A stretch of DNA of 64,000 nucleotides, from the NCBI RefSeq assembly GCF_006345805.1, contig NC_043010.1:8122001-8186000 (forward strand), in the 5' to 3' direction. The notes below the pieces were generated by a model. The model worked only from the letters and a program-made list of their open reading frames with translations, did no database searches and was not told the DNA's origin. The position numbers were made by a program, and so were the translations under genes. Of this stretch, positions 1 through 13,550 are shown piece by piece; position 1 is the first letter of the stretch; the number at the start of each line of letters is the position of its first letter. This DNA comes from Octopus sinensis (taxonomy: Eukaryota).

Positions 1-259
1 AAACAATGCGAAGCGCATTGAAACCAGCGATGTGTAGCAACATCTGATAGCCTGGTCGGTCACGGTGATCACGGTGATATATATATATATATATAGTGGA
101 GGTGAGCATTTCAAAAGCATAATAAGAACTGCCTGGAAACTTTCACTTCTGCTGACAACAAAGGGTTTCTTTGTCAGAGGGAAGAGCAGATTTTATACTG
201 TTTGTCTATAAAGCATGATGCTAAATTTATTAAGAAAAGAAGGGATTGAAATGTAGAAA

Positions 260-600
260 ACTTGCAAAGGTTTGTTGGAAAAACTTTGAGGAACACGATT
301 TATTGGATGTGTATTGTTGGTGTGCATGTATGATGAAGCACAGTTGAGCTGACGGAGAGACTGGATGCAAAAGGAATCAGACTTACTGAGCAAGAAAAAG
401 GTTTGTACAATTATATGATGCCTACAGAAGTTGTCATTTATTTAAAGAAGTGCTGAGTGTTCCAAATGGACATCACCGACATAAGACAGACCCCAAGGAA
501 GACAGGAAGATATAATGAGAACTGGTTCTCAAGAGGCTGGCTCTCTTGAAGGACAAAAGACCATGACAACTGGTACAACATTGTGCCAGAGATCTGCGGA
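260..600 (+). mobile_element. Degraded RTE-clade LINE, ORF C-terminal fragment
   Basis: Interrupted frames resembling RTE C-termini (VELTERLDAKGIR; AAGAAGTGC...AGACCCCAAGGAAGAC, like GRPRKTW), with stops and frameshifts. Confidence 0.5.
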
Positions 601-730
601 ACTGTTGTAAGCATGGGAAAACGGATGTAAAATTTCCGATGAAAGTGTTGATAGAAGTTGAGAAGTTATATCTACTATCAGTATTTTGGCCCCTACTGCC
701 CCTTATGTTTCCCAGCGACCAAATATTTTT

Positions 731-860
731 GTTAACGTCTGTTTTCCATGCTGGCATGGGTTGGACGGTTCATCTGGGGTCTGGGAGCTAGGAGGCTGCA
801 CCAGGATCCAGTCTGATCTGGCAGTGTTTCTACAGCTGGATGCCCTTCCTAACGCCAACC
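731..860 (-). mobile_element. RTE-type 3' tail element (family C)
   Basis: Reverse complement of the repeat ...GTCCAACCCATGCCAGCATGGAAAAC seen 8 times in the window. Confidence 0.8.
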
Positions 861-1339
861 ATGTGTATGTATGTGTATATTATTACTGTTTTCAATCTTT
901 ATTTAGTTCCCATCCATCAATCTCACACCCTCTCACTCTCTCTTCTTCATTTCCATACCCTCTTCATTGCTATCCATCACTCTCTCTCTCTTTCCCCCCA
1001 CTCTCTCTCTGTCTCTGTTTCACTACTCACTCGTCCATCACTTTACCCTAAACTCTTTCCCCATTGCCATGCTCCTTAGGGAATTCTGAATTCAAAAATG
1101 CTCTTGTTGATGCTTAAATGTTGTACTTAAATCCCCTTTGCTCTTACTGTCTAGGTATTCAGTATCTTTAACAATAGCCATCATGCATGCATGTGTGCAC
1201 GTGTGTGTGTGTGTGTATGTGTGTGTACTACTAGAGACTATAGCAGAAGCCACTTGTTTGAGATAGCACTGAGTGAGACTGAGCCCCAAACCATGTGGTT
1301 CGCAGTCATGTCTGCACCTATATATATACACATACATAC

Positions 1340-1500
1340 ACATGGTAGCCGTTAGGAAGGGCATCCAGCTGTAGAAACACTGCCAGATCAGACTGGAGCC
1401 TGGTGCAGCCTCCTAGCTCCCAGACCCCAGATGAACCGTCCAACCCATGCCAGCATGGAAAACACGTTAAACGATGATGATGATGACGATGATGATGATG
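1340..1500 (+). mobile_element. RTE-type 3' tail element (family C)
   Basis: GTTAGGAAGGGCATCCAGCTGTAGAAAC...CATGGAAAAC ending in (GAT)n. Confidence 0.8.
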
Positions 1501-2114
1501 ATAACTCATGCCAGCATAGAGAGCAAACATTAAGTGATGATGGTATATTGGTGTATATAATATTCCCCTCTGTGTATTGAACAAGGATATGGTGTTTAAA
1601 CATCAAAAACCTGTACTTAGCAAAAAAAAAGTCCCTTGAAATATTTATTCTGCAATTACAGATACTTTTGCCATCAGAAACTCAGTGAACTTGTGGTTAG
1701 CCCATTGGAAACTTATAACCACCGACATAATCATTCACCTGAAGCAATATTACCCATATCATTAAAATAGCAATCATTCAATTCTGCATTTGGTTCCACA
1801 GAATGGTATCTTAGCAAAGCTTCTCCTCTCATAGCCAAGGGTTGAACAGTGCCTTGTGAATGGAATTTAATTGCTGCTGTAGGTTACACCTAATTAAGCA
1901 GACTTGTACTAAAAGCTGTTCCAACTGTGGCCAGCATGACCTTTTTTGCTATTCGGAACAATATCTTCCATTACATTTATTTAAGATTAACAGAGTAATT
2001 TGAAAGTGATTTGGTTGCTATTTCTAGCATATAAAGAGAACTGTGTAAAGATTCTTTCTGATATTATAGCTGCCTCTACTGTTGTTAGCACTCCATCAGT
2101 TATGACAACTAGAG

Positions 2115-2395
2115 TTCCAGTTGCTTCGATCAACGGAACAACCTGTTCATGAAATTAACATGCAAGTGGCTGAGTACTCCACAGACACATGTGCCCTTAA
2201 TGTAGCACTCAGCCTGATACAGAAAGTGACAAGGCCGGCCCTTTGAATTATGGGTACAACTCATTTTTGCCAGCTGAGTGAACTGGAGCAACATGAAATA
2301 AAGTGTCTTGCTCAAGGACATAATGCATCGCTGGGAATTGAAATCATGACCTTACAATCGTGAGCCAGTTACTCTAGCCACTAAGCCATGCACCT
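2115..2395 (-). mobile_element. tRNA-derived SINE (family D/E)
   Basis: Shares AACAGCCTGCTCGTGAAATTAAC and ACTGGAGCAAC...TGCTCAAG blocks with copies at 41335-41920, 43415-43740 and 49600-49945. Confidence 0.75.
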
Positions 2396-2460
2396 TAACT
2401 ACTGCTGTTATTGTGTTATTGTTATTGTTTAGTCCCTGGTGAAGCCTGACTGAATAGACC

Positions 2461-2877
2461 TATTTCTTTATTACCCACAAGGGGCTAAACATAGAGAGGA
2501 CAAACAAGGACAGACAAACAGATTAAGTCGATTATATCGACTCCACTGCATAACTGGTACTTAATTTATCGACCCTGGAAGGATGAAAGGCAAAGTCAAC
2601 CTTGGCAGAATTTGAACTCAGAACGTAACGGCAGATGAAATACTTATTTCTGTACTACCCACAAGGGGCTAAACACAGAGAGGACAAACAAGGACAGACA
2701 AACAGATTAAGTCGATTATATCGACCCCAGTGCGTAACTGGTACTTATTTAATCGACCCTGAAAGGATGAAAAGCAAAGTCGACCTCGGCGGAATTTGAA
2801 CTCAGAACATAATGGCAGACGAAATACGGCTACGCATTTCGCCCGGCGTGCTAATGTTTCTGCCAGCTCGCCACCTT
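2461..2877 (-). mobile_element. tRNA-derived SINE family B, tandem dimer
   Basis: Two 184-bp units (starts 2461, 2645) plus one head. Flanking 19-mer CCTG(A/G)CTGAATAGACCTAT at 2445-2463 and 2897-2915. Confidence 0.85.
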
Positions 2878-3165
2878 AAGAAAAGACAATGGTGGACCTG
2901 GCTGAATAGACCTATGCTGATGAAAGATATTGCAGATGTGCTCATCTTATCATACATCTTCACAAGCTAAGGCTCAATATCCAACGGTGTCCTTCCTCTT
3001 TTTTGAGACTGCGAAATGAAGTTTGAGAAAGGATTTGTTCCTGTTTCAGAAATGTTGTACAGTTACAAGGAAAGTGGAATTTGGTAGACAGATACAATGT
3101 GAAGACCTATTTCATCATTGTTTCTCTGTTGAATTTCCAGTTAATCATAAGTCTTTTTATTTTAA

Positions 3166-3392
3166 TGGCACGTAAAAAGCACCATCCGATCGTGGCTGTT
3201 TGCCAGCCTCGTCTGGCACCTGTGCAGGAGGCACATAAAAAGCACCCACTACACTCTCGGAGTGGTTGGCATTAGGAAGAGCATCCAGCTGTAGAAACAC
3301 TGCCAGATCAGACTGGGCCTGGCGCAGCCTTCTGGCTTCCCAGACCCCAGTTGAACCGTCCAACCCATGCTAGCATGGAAAGCGGACGCTAA

Positions 3393-3422
<30 letters not shown>
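3166..3422 (+). mobile_element. RTE-type 3' tail element (family C)
   Basis: GGCACGTAAAAAGCACC unit, CCACTACACTC...GGAAAGCGGACGCTAAA, (TGA)n tail. Confidence 0.85.
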
Positions 3423-3425
<3 letters not shown>

Positions 3426-3595
3426 TTCTTTCTCTGAACTGCTACTCTATGGAACTCCCTACTATCATCTACTTTTTCTCCGGACTACAATATTCAATTC
3501 TTTAAGCTTTCTGTTGGTAAACATCTTGTGGATTTGTAGGCCTGTTCTTTTCCTTTTTAGTAGTCCAGACTAATCTTGTTTGGTATGAAAAAAAA

Positions 3596-3975
3596 CTCTT
3601 TTTACTCTCTTTACTCTTTTACTCTTTTACTTGTTTCAGTCATTTGACTGCGGCCATGCTGGAGCACTGCCTTTAGTCGAGCCCGGGACTTATTCTATCG
3701 GTCTCTTTTGCCGAACCGCTAAGTGACGGGGATGTAAACACACCAGCATTGGTTGTCAAGCAATGCTAGGGGGACAAACACAGACACACACATATGCATA
3801 TATATACATATATACGACAGGCTTCTTTCAGTTTCCGTCAACCAAATCCACTCTCAAGGCATTGGTCGGCCCGGGCCTATAGCAGAAGACACTTGCCCAA
3901 GATGCCACGCAGTGGGACTGAACCCGCAACCATGTGGTTGGTTAGCAAGCTACTTACCACACAGCCACTCCGCCT
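3596..3975 (-). mobile_element. tRNA-derived SINE family A (~400 bp, internal TA/TG microsatellite, (GTAAAAGA)n tail)
   Basis: Reverse complement of the 8744-9142 copy. Confidence 0.9.
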
Positions 3976-4332
3976 GTTTTAAAAATTTATAATTCTCATC
4001 ATAATTTTATGTCTGCTTAAACATGCTGCATGAATTAGTCAGTTTGTTACCGTCCAAGTCAGATTTTACTTGAAATTACTACTCTTAGACAAGTTAGCAA
4101 CTCTGCTGCACTTTTACATTATTTTTATCCCATATGTTTCTATAGTTAGGGACTTCCACCAACCAACCATTTTGTGAAAATGGGTGCACTTTTTGGCATC
4201 AGTACCAGAGGGGGTTGGGTTATTCCGGGCAAGAATAAAGAGTTCTTTCTACAATATGTTGTCTTCCTTCTCTCATTTATTGGTGTCTGAGAGGTTGTCA
4301 CTAAAAAGGCATTATTTCATTCATTTGTTTTT

Positions 4333-4364
<32 letters not shown>

Positions 4365-4965
4365 CACACACTACTGGATAGAAAGAAAGCCAGAGAAAGA
4401 AAGGGATAAAAGAAAGACAAATGGAAGGTAACTAAAGCAGTAGGGGACTAGAGAGAGAGAGGGGGGATGAGGGAGATAAACAGTTGTATGATGGTTGTTG
4501 ATAAGGAAATTGAGTAGAATCAATATGAAGCGGTTGACAGAGAAGTGAATATTAGAAATGAAAGGGTGGCAGTGATATAGTTACATAATGGTCATTGTTA
4601 AATATATATATATATTATATATTATATATACATATATACACAGATGTGTGTATGTGTGCATGACAGACTTCTACAGTTTTATGTAGAAAACTTTGACTTA
4701 CATTTGTCAATCCGAGCATTTGCATGCAATGGGCTTGAACCTATAAATCCTACCATACACAAGCTTGTCAGAAATTACTATTTTTCCCTGTGTTATTTGT
4801 GCTTGCATCCATACTTAATTTCAACAAAAAAAAATGCATATAAATGTTTCCATTGTAGGTAAGAAATAAAATGTAATCCGTAATATTAATAGGTCTTCAA
4901 ATTAAAAGATTTCATTTTTTTTTTGAAAAGGTCAAAAAAAAAAAGAAATTAACTAACTAACTCAC

Positions 4966-7287
4966 CTGATGTGTCCCCTTCTTCAGCGTTTGGCTATGAA
5001 TTTCTATGATTGATTGTGTCCTGCTTTGACTTGACTCCTGCTTGGAGGACATTTGTTTAGCACATAAATATTCAGTTTGTCTGTTTTCATCCATAAGATT
5101 GTTTGATGGTTCTAAAACTGTCCGATGAATGGCATTTCGTTGGTTGCTTCTCCTAACAATGCACACCGTTATTGAAATAACTAACAAAACAGATACTGTC
5201 ACTGCTGCCACTATGATTATGATAAAGAGGTTGATATGTATTTTGGCATCTGATTGCAAATGCACTGCTGTCAACAGCTTGGATGTGGTATTACTAACAG
5301 ATAATGTCAAGGATAAGGTAGTTGTTGCTGATAAAACAGGTGTACCACTATCTTTGACCGATAGCTCAAGATTATACGTTCCTGCATCATTTTGGTAGAC
5401 TGTTCGTGAGAAGGACAAAACACCAGTGTATGGATTAACTTTAAATAACATTCTACCATTACCTCCAAATATTTCATATCTCAGAAAAGCATTCTGACGA
5501 CTGTCTCTATCAGAAGCTCTCAGAACTGTAATGTCATTTTTGCTTTGAGGTTGGTAGTAAACATCAAGGCTGAAAGGGTCTACACTGGGAAAAATAAAGT
5601 AAGGGGCATTGTCATTTTCATCCATAACTTCAACTATAACCTTTGCTGTGTTGTTTAATGAAGGAGTTCCATTGTCTCTTACTAAAACTTTAAATTCATA
5701 CACCTCCTGCTGTTCATGGTCTAATGGCTGAGTAGTTGAGATAAATCCAAAATTTGAGATTTGAAATGGGAGAATGCGTTTATTACTTCCTAATAATGAG
5801 TAAGACAGTTGACCTCCAGAACCCAAATCTGGGTCAGTGGCATTGATGAATCCCACGGGGAAATCAGTTTTTTCATTTTCATAGGTAAGAAACTTAAAGG
5901 TATCTTTAGTAAAGTGAGGTTGTACATCATTTGCATCCATAACTTTAATAAAAAATCTTTTTTCTGTCTTTAAAGGCGGAGATCCGTGATCTTCACAAGT
6001 AATTACGAAATCTAGTTTGTTTTTAGTTTCTCTATCAACAGTAGCTTTTACTATTACCTTATATCTTTTTTCACCAAGGCCCTTTAATTGTAGGTTTTCA
6101 TGAAATAATTTACAAGTTACTTTGCCATTGTTCCCTATGTCATTGTCAGTAACTTTGACATAAGCAATAAAACTGCCAACTTCAGTTTCCTCAGATATGA
6201 TGGCTGTATTTCCAGTTAACTCTGAAAAGTTAACATCTATTGTAGGAGCATTATTTTGTTTGTCCATAACATTTACCAATACAGTTGCTATTGAACTGAG
6301 AGGGGGGATTCCTCCGTCTCTAGCTTCAATAAACAACTTGTAAGTTTTCTTCACTTGTTTGAATTTTTCATCTAAAAATATCTCACCAGTATTTTCATTC
6401 AATTTGAAATAAGATTTGGCAGTATCGGATGTTTTTGAACTGAAGTGAAAGGAAATTTTACCATTTCTATTGGCATCTAAATCATTTGCAGACAATATTA
6501 CAATTGGTGTCCTTTTTAGAGTTCTATTATTAATAGTAACATAATATATACTCTGGGCAAAAACCGGTTGGTTATCATTGATGTCGCTGACTGTTATTTG
6601 AACATTCAAAACACCTTCTTTTGGTGGAGAACCACCATCTTTGGCAATAACTTGTAACATGTAAGTGTCTTTTTTCTCTCTGTCTAATTTATTTTCTAAA
6701 GTAATTCCAAGAGAGTATGATCCGTCGGCTCTTTTAGAAACAGCTAGCTTAAATGGGTTATGCTCACTATTTTTCAACTCATAGGTGATCTGAGAATTTA
6801 ATATACCAACATCGCTATCAATAGCATTGGGTATTGATTTAGTCATTCCTTTCCCATCCCCTTCATCAAACTGAACATTGATTTGTTTGACAGGAAACTG
6901 AGGCTGATGGTCATTGACGTCTTCTATTATTACTTTGATTTCTAATATCTTAATAAAAGATTTTCTTTTTCGTACTGCAATATCTACCATTTTAAAACAC
7001 TCAGTATTGTATTTACAAAGAGACTCAGCATCCAGCGGTTGAGAAGTGTACAATTTTCCTCTTTCAGAGACATTGAATAACTGAGAACTGCCTGTAATAT
7101 CTTTTTGTAGTTGGCTGAATCGTATCGAACTGGGGTCATTGAAAGATACAGTTTCCATCAAATGTGTGTTAACGCCAATATCCCCAAGATAAGTACCAGG
7201 TTGGCTACCTTCTTTAACATGGTATGTAAAATCTACACACAGGCATGTATGTAGATAAAACAATACCAAACAAGCAGTAATCCGCAT
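4966..7287 (-). CDS. PCDH: Protocadherin, large coding exon: signal peptide, EC1-EC6, TM helix, proximal cytoplasmic tail (774 codons to the donor; 776 aa if the donor is read through)
   Basis: 776-aa ORF 4957-7287. Signal peptide MRITACLVLFYLHTCLC. Cadherin motifs DVNDHQP, LDRE, DINDNQP, VDRE, DANDVQP, LDHE, DENDNAP and AxDxGxP. EC1 Cys-X5-Cys (CKYNTEC), typical of protocadherins. TM FIIIIVAAVTVSVLLVISITVCIV then RR. Phase-0 donor CAG|GTGAGT at 4966/4965. Acceptor TTTTCTTTTTCTTTTTCAG| at 7351/7350. Symbol is family-level only. Confidence 0.97.
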
Positions 7288-8331
7288 ATCTCCATAAACG
7301 TGAGAGCAAAAATATTGAAAGATGTTTCAGTGTTGAAAGGTTAATAAGCTCTGAAAAAGAAAAAGAAAATTCATACAATTACACATACAGAAAATAATTC
7401 AGAAGCTGATATATATGTAATACATTTGAGAAAATATCTTTACTGTAGATGACTTATATGGTAATGAAAAATGCTCTTTCACAATAAGAAGGGAAGAAAT
7501 GTACTAACATTATCAAAAAGAATTTTAATTAAACAACACTAAATTTATAGGTTTTAGCTGCCTTAATATAATAAAAAAAAATATATATATATACATCACA
7601 CAATAGCAATAGTGAGCTGAAATTTGATGAAAAAAAAAATAAATAAAATACATGCATACACACACACATAACATTCATAAGATCTAAGCAAGTGAAATCA
7701 TGCAAAGAGGAAAAGAAAAAAAAAACCTATAAAAAGACGACCAGCGAAGAGACTTGTTAATAGAAATTGGATTGGTGTATATTTTTTCATCTTTCTAACA
7801 TTTTTTTCAAGATAGCCACAAAAGGTTGCAAGAGAAACACTAAAATATTAATCTCGTCTTTGAAAAATGTCAAATAAATAACTTTTTCCAAGTTCACTGG
7901 CTTAACAGTAAAAGAAGTGGCACCATGAAGCCTCTAAGGACATAATGAATTATAGATACAACTAGATTCATGACATGAACACAAGATAATGTCAGAAAGT
8001 GTCCTTTCTCTTTCTCTCTCTCTTTCTATCTCCCTCTTCTTCTTCTCTCTAGCTCTTTCAGTGTCTCTTTCTTCACCTTTACTCCAAGTCTCTTTTCTTC
8101 TACACTTGCTTACATTATATCACCACCCCAACACTTAGACCTACCTAATTCAGACTTCTCTTCTTCCTTCTAACAGCTCTGTTGAGTCTCATTTTTCATA
8201 CCCAATAGTAAATATTTTGCCTTTACTTTCCTTCCCAGAAATATTAACCTCCAGCAATTCTAGGTGAACATTATCTGTAAGAACTACACTAGGTTATCAC
8301 TACTGCCCTCCCTGTCTCCCACCACACACAC

Positions 8332-8368
<37 letters not shown>

Positions 8369-8743
8369 ACACACACACACATACACACACACTCTCACCT
8401 CCTCACTGCCCAATCACCCACAAACTCTTCAAGAGCTAAAAAGGTGATGGTCACCCACACTACTCTCCAGATGCCAAATTTATTATCTTTACTCAAAATA
8501 AAGAAAGTCTTGGCACCTGAACATTTATCTTCTGGCTTTTAAATGATAAAATGTAAAAATCACTCAAAAGCCATCTTTAATCTTCTGAAATATCGATTTC
8601 TGACATAAGCACAAATTTGGGCGCCGGATAGCATCAATTAGATTGACCCCCCCCCCCCAGTGTTTGACTGGTACTTATTTTATTGTCCCTGATAGAATGA
8701 AGTGTAAAAACCAACCTCGGCAAGACTTGAACCCAGAATATAA

Positions 8744-9142
8744 AGGCGCAGGAGTGGCTGTGTGGTAAGTAGCTTGCTTACCAACCACATGGTTCCGGGT
8801 TCAGTCCCACTGCATGGCACCTTGGGCAAGTGTCTTCTACTATAGCCTCGGGCCAACCAAAGCCTTCTGAGTGGATTTGGTAGACGGAAACTGAAAGAAG
8901 CCCGTCGTATATATGTATATATATATGTGTGTGTGTGTTTGTGTGTCTGTGTTTGTCCCCCTAGCATTGCTTGACAACCGATGCTGGTGTGTCTATGTCC
9001 CCGTAACTTAGCAGTTCGGTGAAAGAGACCGATAGAATAAGTACTGGGCTTACAAAAAAGAATAAGTTCCGGGGTCGAGTTGCTCAATTAAAGGCGGTGC
9101 TCCAGCATGGCCACAGTCAAATGATTGAAACAAGTAAAAGAG
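8744..9142 (+). mobile_element. tRNA-derived SINE family A
   Basis: Head AGGCGCAGGAGTGGCTGTGTGGTAAG (A box) and GGTTCAGTCCC (B box), central GGATTTGGTAGACGGAAACTGAAAGAAGCC, tail GAAACAAGTAAAAGAG. Confidence 0.9.
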
Positions 9143-9559
9143 AAAGAGAGATATATGCAACTATATACAGCATTTTGCCTGCCATTCTAATGATTCACTG
9201 AATCCACCAACCTGAAACATTAAAAATCTTCTATAAATAAATAAATATCTCACATATCTTAATTTTTATATTTCTGAACTCTTTGAAACTAATATTTGTT
9301 TTCTATCGACTTTTTTTCCCTTTTTTCATAAGAATAATTTACCAAAAGGGCTTCTAAAATGGAACAGAAGGTTTATACGCATTTAAAGTGCACAAACAAT
9401 GCACAAATGCAACAAACAATTAAATATAAAAGCAAATATGCATTGTAATTGCATATGAATGTTTTTAAATGTCATTAATCATATTCAAATTTAGAATACA
9501 ACAATAATTCCCTCATAATAATAGAAGACTGAAGGAAAATATTAACTACAAAAGAAAAT

Positions 9560-9844
9560 TAAGAATAATGATGGTGATGGTGGTAGTGGTGGTGGTGGTG
9601 GTAGTGGTGGTGGTGTGGTGGTGGTGGTGCTGGTGGTGGTGGTGGTGATGGTGGTGGCGGTAGTGGTGGTGGTGGTGGTGGTTACTGGTGTGGTGGTGGT
9701 GGTGGTGGTTGGTGGTGGTGGTGGTTGGTGAAGCAGATTTACTCAAGATACAATGAATTTACAATTGTGAAGTTGGAAATAAACAATACACAAGATTCAA
9801 ACAAACAATAGACACAAAATAGATTTCATTATGATCAGGCAAAC

Positions 9845-9893
<49 letters not shown>

Positions 9894-10050
9894 GTAATAA
9901 TAAAAAAGAAGCACATTATGAGAAACTCAAAACCAAAACCAAAGAGATAAAATAATAGTAAATGATCAATAAAACATAATAATGATAATAATAATAATAA
10001 TAATGATGATGATGATGATAATGATGATAATGATGATAATGATAATGATG
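9560..10050. repeat. (GGT)n, (AAT)n and (GAT)n trinucleotide microsatellites
   Basis: Directly visible; source of the poly-His/Thr/Ile ORFs. Confidence 0.95.
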
Positions 10051-10199
10051 ATAATAATTGCATATGTGATGTGGGTACAAAAAAATAGTCACATTTAAAA
10101 AATAATGATAAACAGAGATATATGAAGAGAAAAATTTGCAACAAAAGATATAATTATAGTGCACATAGACAACAAATAAAGAATACAGAAGCAAAATAA

Positions 10200-10250
10200 A
10201 ATACACATACACACACATTTTTATATATACACACACCTATATATAATACA

Positions 10251-10330
<80 letters not shown>

Positions 10331-10480
10331 ATATATATATATAATATATATATTATTAATATATATATATATATATTATATAATATATAAATACAATATA
10401 TATATTATATACATATAATATGTATATATATGTATGTAATATATATGTATAGTATATATATGTATATTATATATATGTAT

Positions 10481-10512
<32 letters not shown>

Positions 10513-10525
10513 GTATATATGTATA

Positions 10526-10562
<37 letters not shown>

Positions 10563-11258
10563 ATATATATGTATGTAGTACATTATATATATGTATGTAC
10601 ATATATATATGTATATGTACATATATATAAATACATACACACTGACACAACACACACACACACACACACAATACAATAATACAATACAATGATAAATAGA
10701 TCAGATAAATAAAGAACAAATGAGATGGTAAAACTATAAACAGATTGTAAAGATAAGGAGATTATCATAGTGATAAACTAACAACTTAAATGAAAATGAA
10801 TTCAGTGTAAAGGATATAGAATGAAGATATTAGAAAGAGGAGAAGGATGGAGTGGAGTGGAGTGGTGGAGGGTGGAAATGCCATACAGATAAATAGAAAC
10901 TAAGCATGAATAAAAAGAATTACATTTTGTAACAAACAGACACAATAAATAAGAATATAATAAACAAAAAAGTAATACACTGAAAATAAAAGGAATAAAC
11001 AACTAATGTTATATATAATGCTAACCAAACAATACATAATGATATGAAGGGAAAAGAACATAGTGTGATATTGCAATTCATATAGCTGGAATATAAAATA
11101 TTAGAAGACAGCCTCAAATGTTTAGAAATAAAATTTTCTACAAAAAATTATTCATACATAATTATATATATATATTATGCAGAATATATGTAATGTGCAT
11201 GAATATACATACATACATGCATACATATATATATACATGCACACACACACATACACAC

Positions 11259-11302
<44 letters not shown>

Positions 11303-11461
11303 TATGTGTGTACACATACACACCCACCCACATATATACATACAGATACATACATATGCATACAAACACATACACATACACACACACATATATATATATA
11401 CACATACATATATAAACATATACATACATATACATACAAACACATACACACATACACATAT

Positions 11462-11492
<31 letters not shown>

Positions 11493-12344
11493 CATACATA
11501 TACATATATAAATAGAAATATACACACATATACATACATAAACGTATACACACATACACACACACACATACACACACACACATTTATGTATGTATCTAAT
11601 GTATATATTGCTGAGAGTTCATGTTGCTATCTGTCAATTTGGAATTCTTTACTATGTTGCTATGCATCATATTTCCAATGTCTGTTCATTCATCTTTGGT
11701 AAAGTTAGCAGCACTGACAATTCTTGGTAATTAAAGTTATTCATTACATGACTAAAATATTTCAATCGCAGAAAATTAAGAAACTAATAAATCATTGATT
11801 ATTGTAAAAAGTGTTATATATAAGTCTGACTGTTATTTGAAATAAAACAGCTGAAAATAGAAAGCTAAAATTTCCATAAGAAATTATGAGTACAGTTCCC
11901 TTAGCACTGCAAGTCCAAGCTTCACATTACATGTGTTATGCAAAATTTCTTTTAAAAGTGTATTTGCATTTAAAATAAACTAAAAGATACATAATTTAAA
12001 GAAAAATTGTTTTTCAGCAATAATTATGCATCAAATTAGTAAGTTTGAGGAAAACTATAATTCAATAAATTTATAGCTAAACAGTGAAGCAGAGAAACTA
12101 TTTGCAGAGAGGACTGCATATTTGAATATGGTTACATATGTAAAATGACATATAATGTAATTTAAGTTAGATATAAATATCCATATATTAGCACAAACAA
12201 GTAACACGCACATTACACAACACACACACACCAACACATATATATATGTCATATGGTATTCAAATATATACTTTTACTCATTTCAGCCATATATACATTT
12301 GTATGGACATATATATATGTAAGTATACACCTATATATATATAG

Positions 12345-12398
<54 letters not shown>

Positions 12399-12493
12399 TA
12401 TATGTAGATTATATATATATATATATATATATAAGTATACACGTACATATATATATATGAGTGCAACATTAGAGGTGAAATAGGAGAATATGC

Positions 12494-12527
<34 letters not shown>

Positions 12528-13043
12528 CACATATGTATGTATATATATTAATATGTAAACAGATATACTTTAATATATATGTATATGTATGTATGTATAT
12601 ATACACACATACATATGTAATATACGTACACACATATATATGTGTATACTCACACTGATATACATATATAGATATCCATTCATATGCATATATAGAAACA
12701 TATACATACATACACGTGTACATTCACACATACATACAAACATACATACATACATACATACATACATACATACATACATACATACATACATACATACATA
12801 CATACATACATACATACATACATACATAATCAATGCTTCAACATCTACTTTCACATGCTCGCTTTTGATTTGTTAGAGCAAATTTTCAGCAGCTGGATGC
12901 TCTTCCTGCAGTTAAACCTCAGTTGCTTCAAAGCAAGCTAACATTTTAGCCTAGCCTAGAAATATCTTCTTGGAAGATTGCTGAAAAACAGCAATGTAGA
13001 ATGACACTGATTCTCTGCATATAATATATATATATATTATATA

Positions 13044-13109
<66 letters not shown>

Positions 13110-13513
13110 ATTATATAAATTATATATATATATAAGTAAAGGGGGGTGAGATAAATAGCAAGTGAGATAGACAGAGAGGAAGATACAGAAACTAGAAGAC
13201 AGGCAGATAGGTAGGAATATAGATCTATGTAGCTTCACCTAACACACATGTATATATAAACAAATATCTCTGTCCATTTACATATAAGTATGTGTGTGTA
13301 TGTATGTACATATGTATATAGATGTATATATATATATATATATATTATATATACATGATATATATATATATATATTATATATATATATATATATATAATA
13401 TACATATATATATATATATATATGTTTATATATATATATACATCTTGTACACACACATAAAAATATATATATACGTATTTATATATATACATCTCGTACA
13501 CACACATGCACAT

Positions 13514-13550
<37 letters not shown>

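Noticed and set aside
3753-3992. Recurrent ORFs such as 'MSSNARGTNTDT...' and 'LAVFLQLDALPNANH...'
   Set aside because: They recur at every SINE-A or RTE-tail copy and are repeat-derived, not genes.
1-4950. Downstream cytoplasmic exon(s) of the 4966-7287 protocadherin
   Set aside because: No open phase-0 exon with a credible minus-strand acceptor was found; presumed to lie left of the window.
5129-5398. 89-aa plus-strand ORF
   Set aside because: Antisense shadow of the protocadherin TM/EC6 region.
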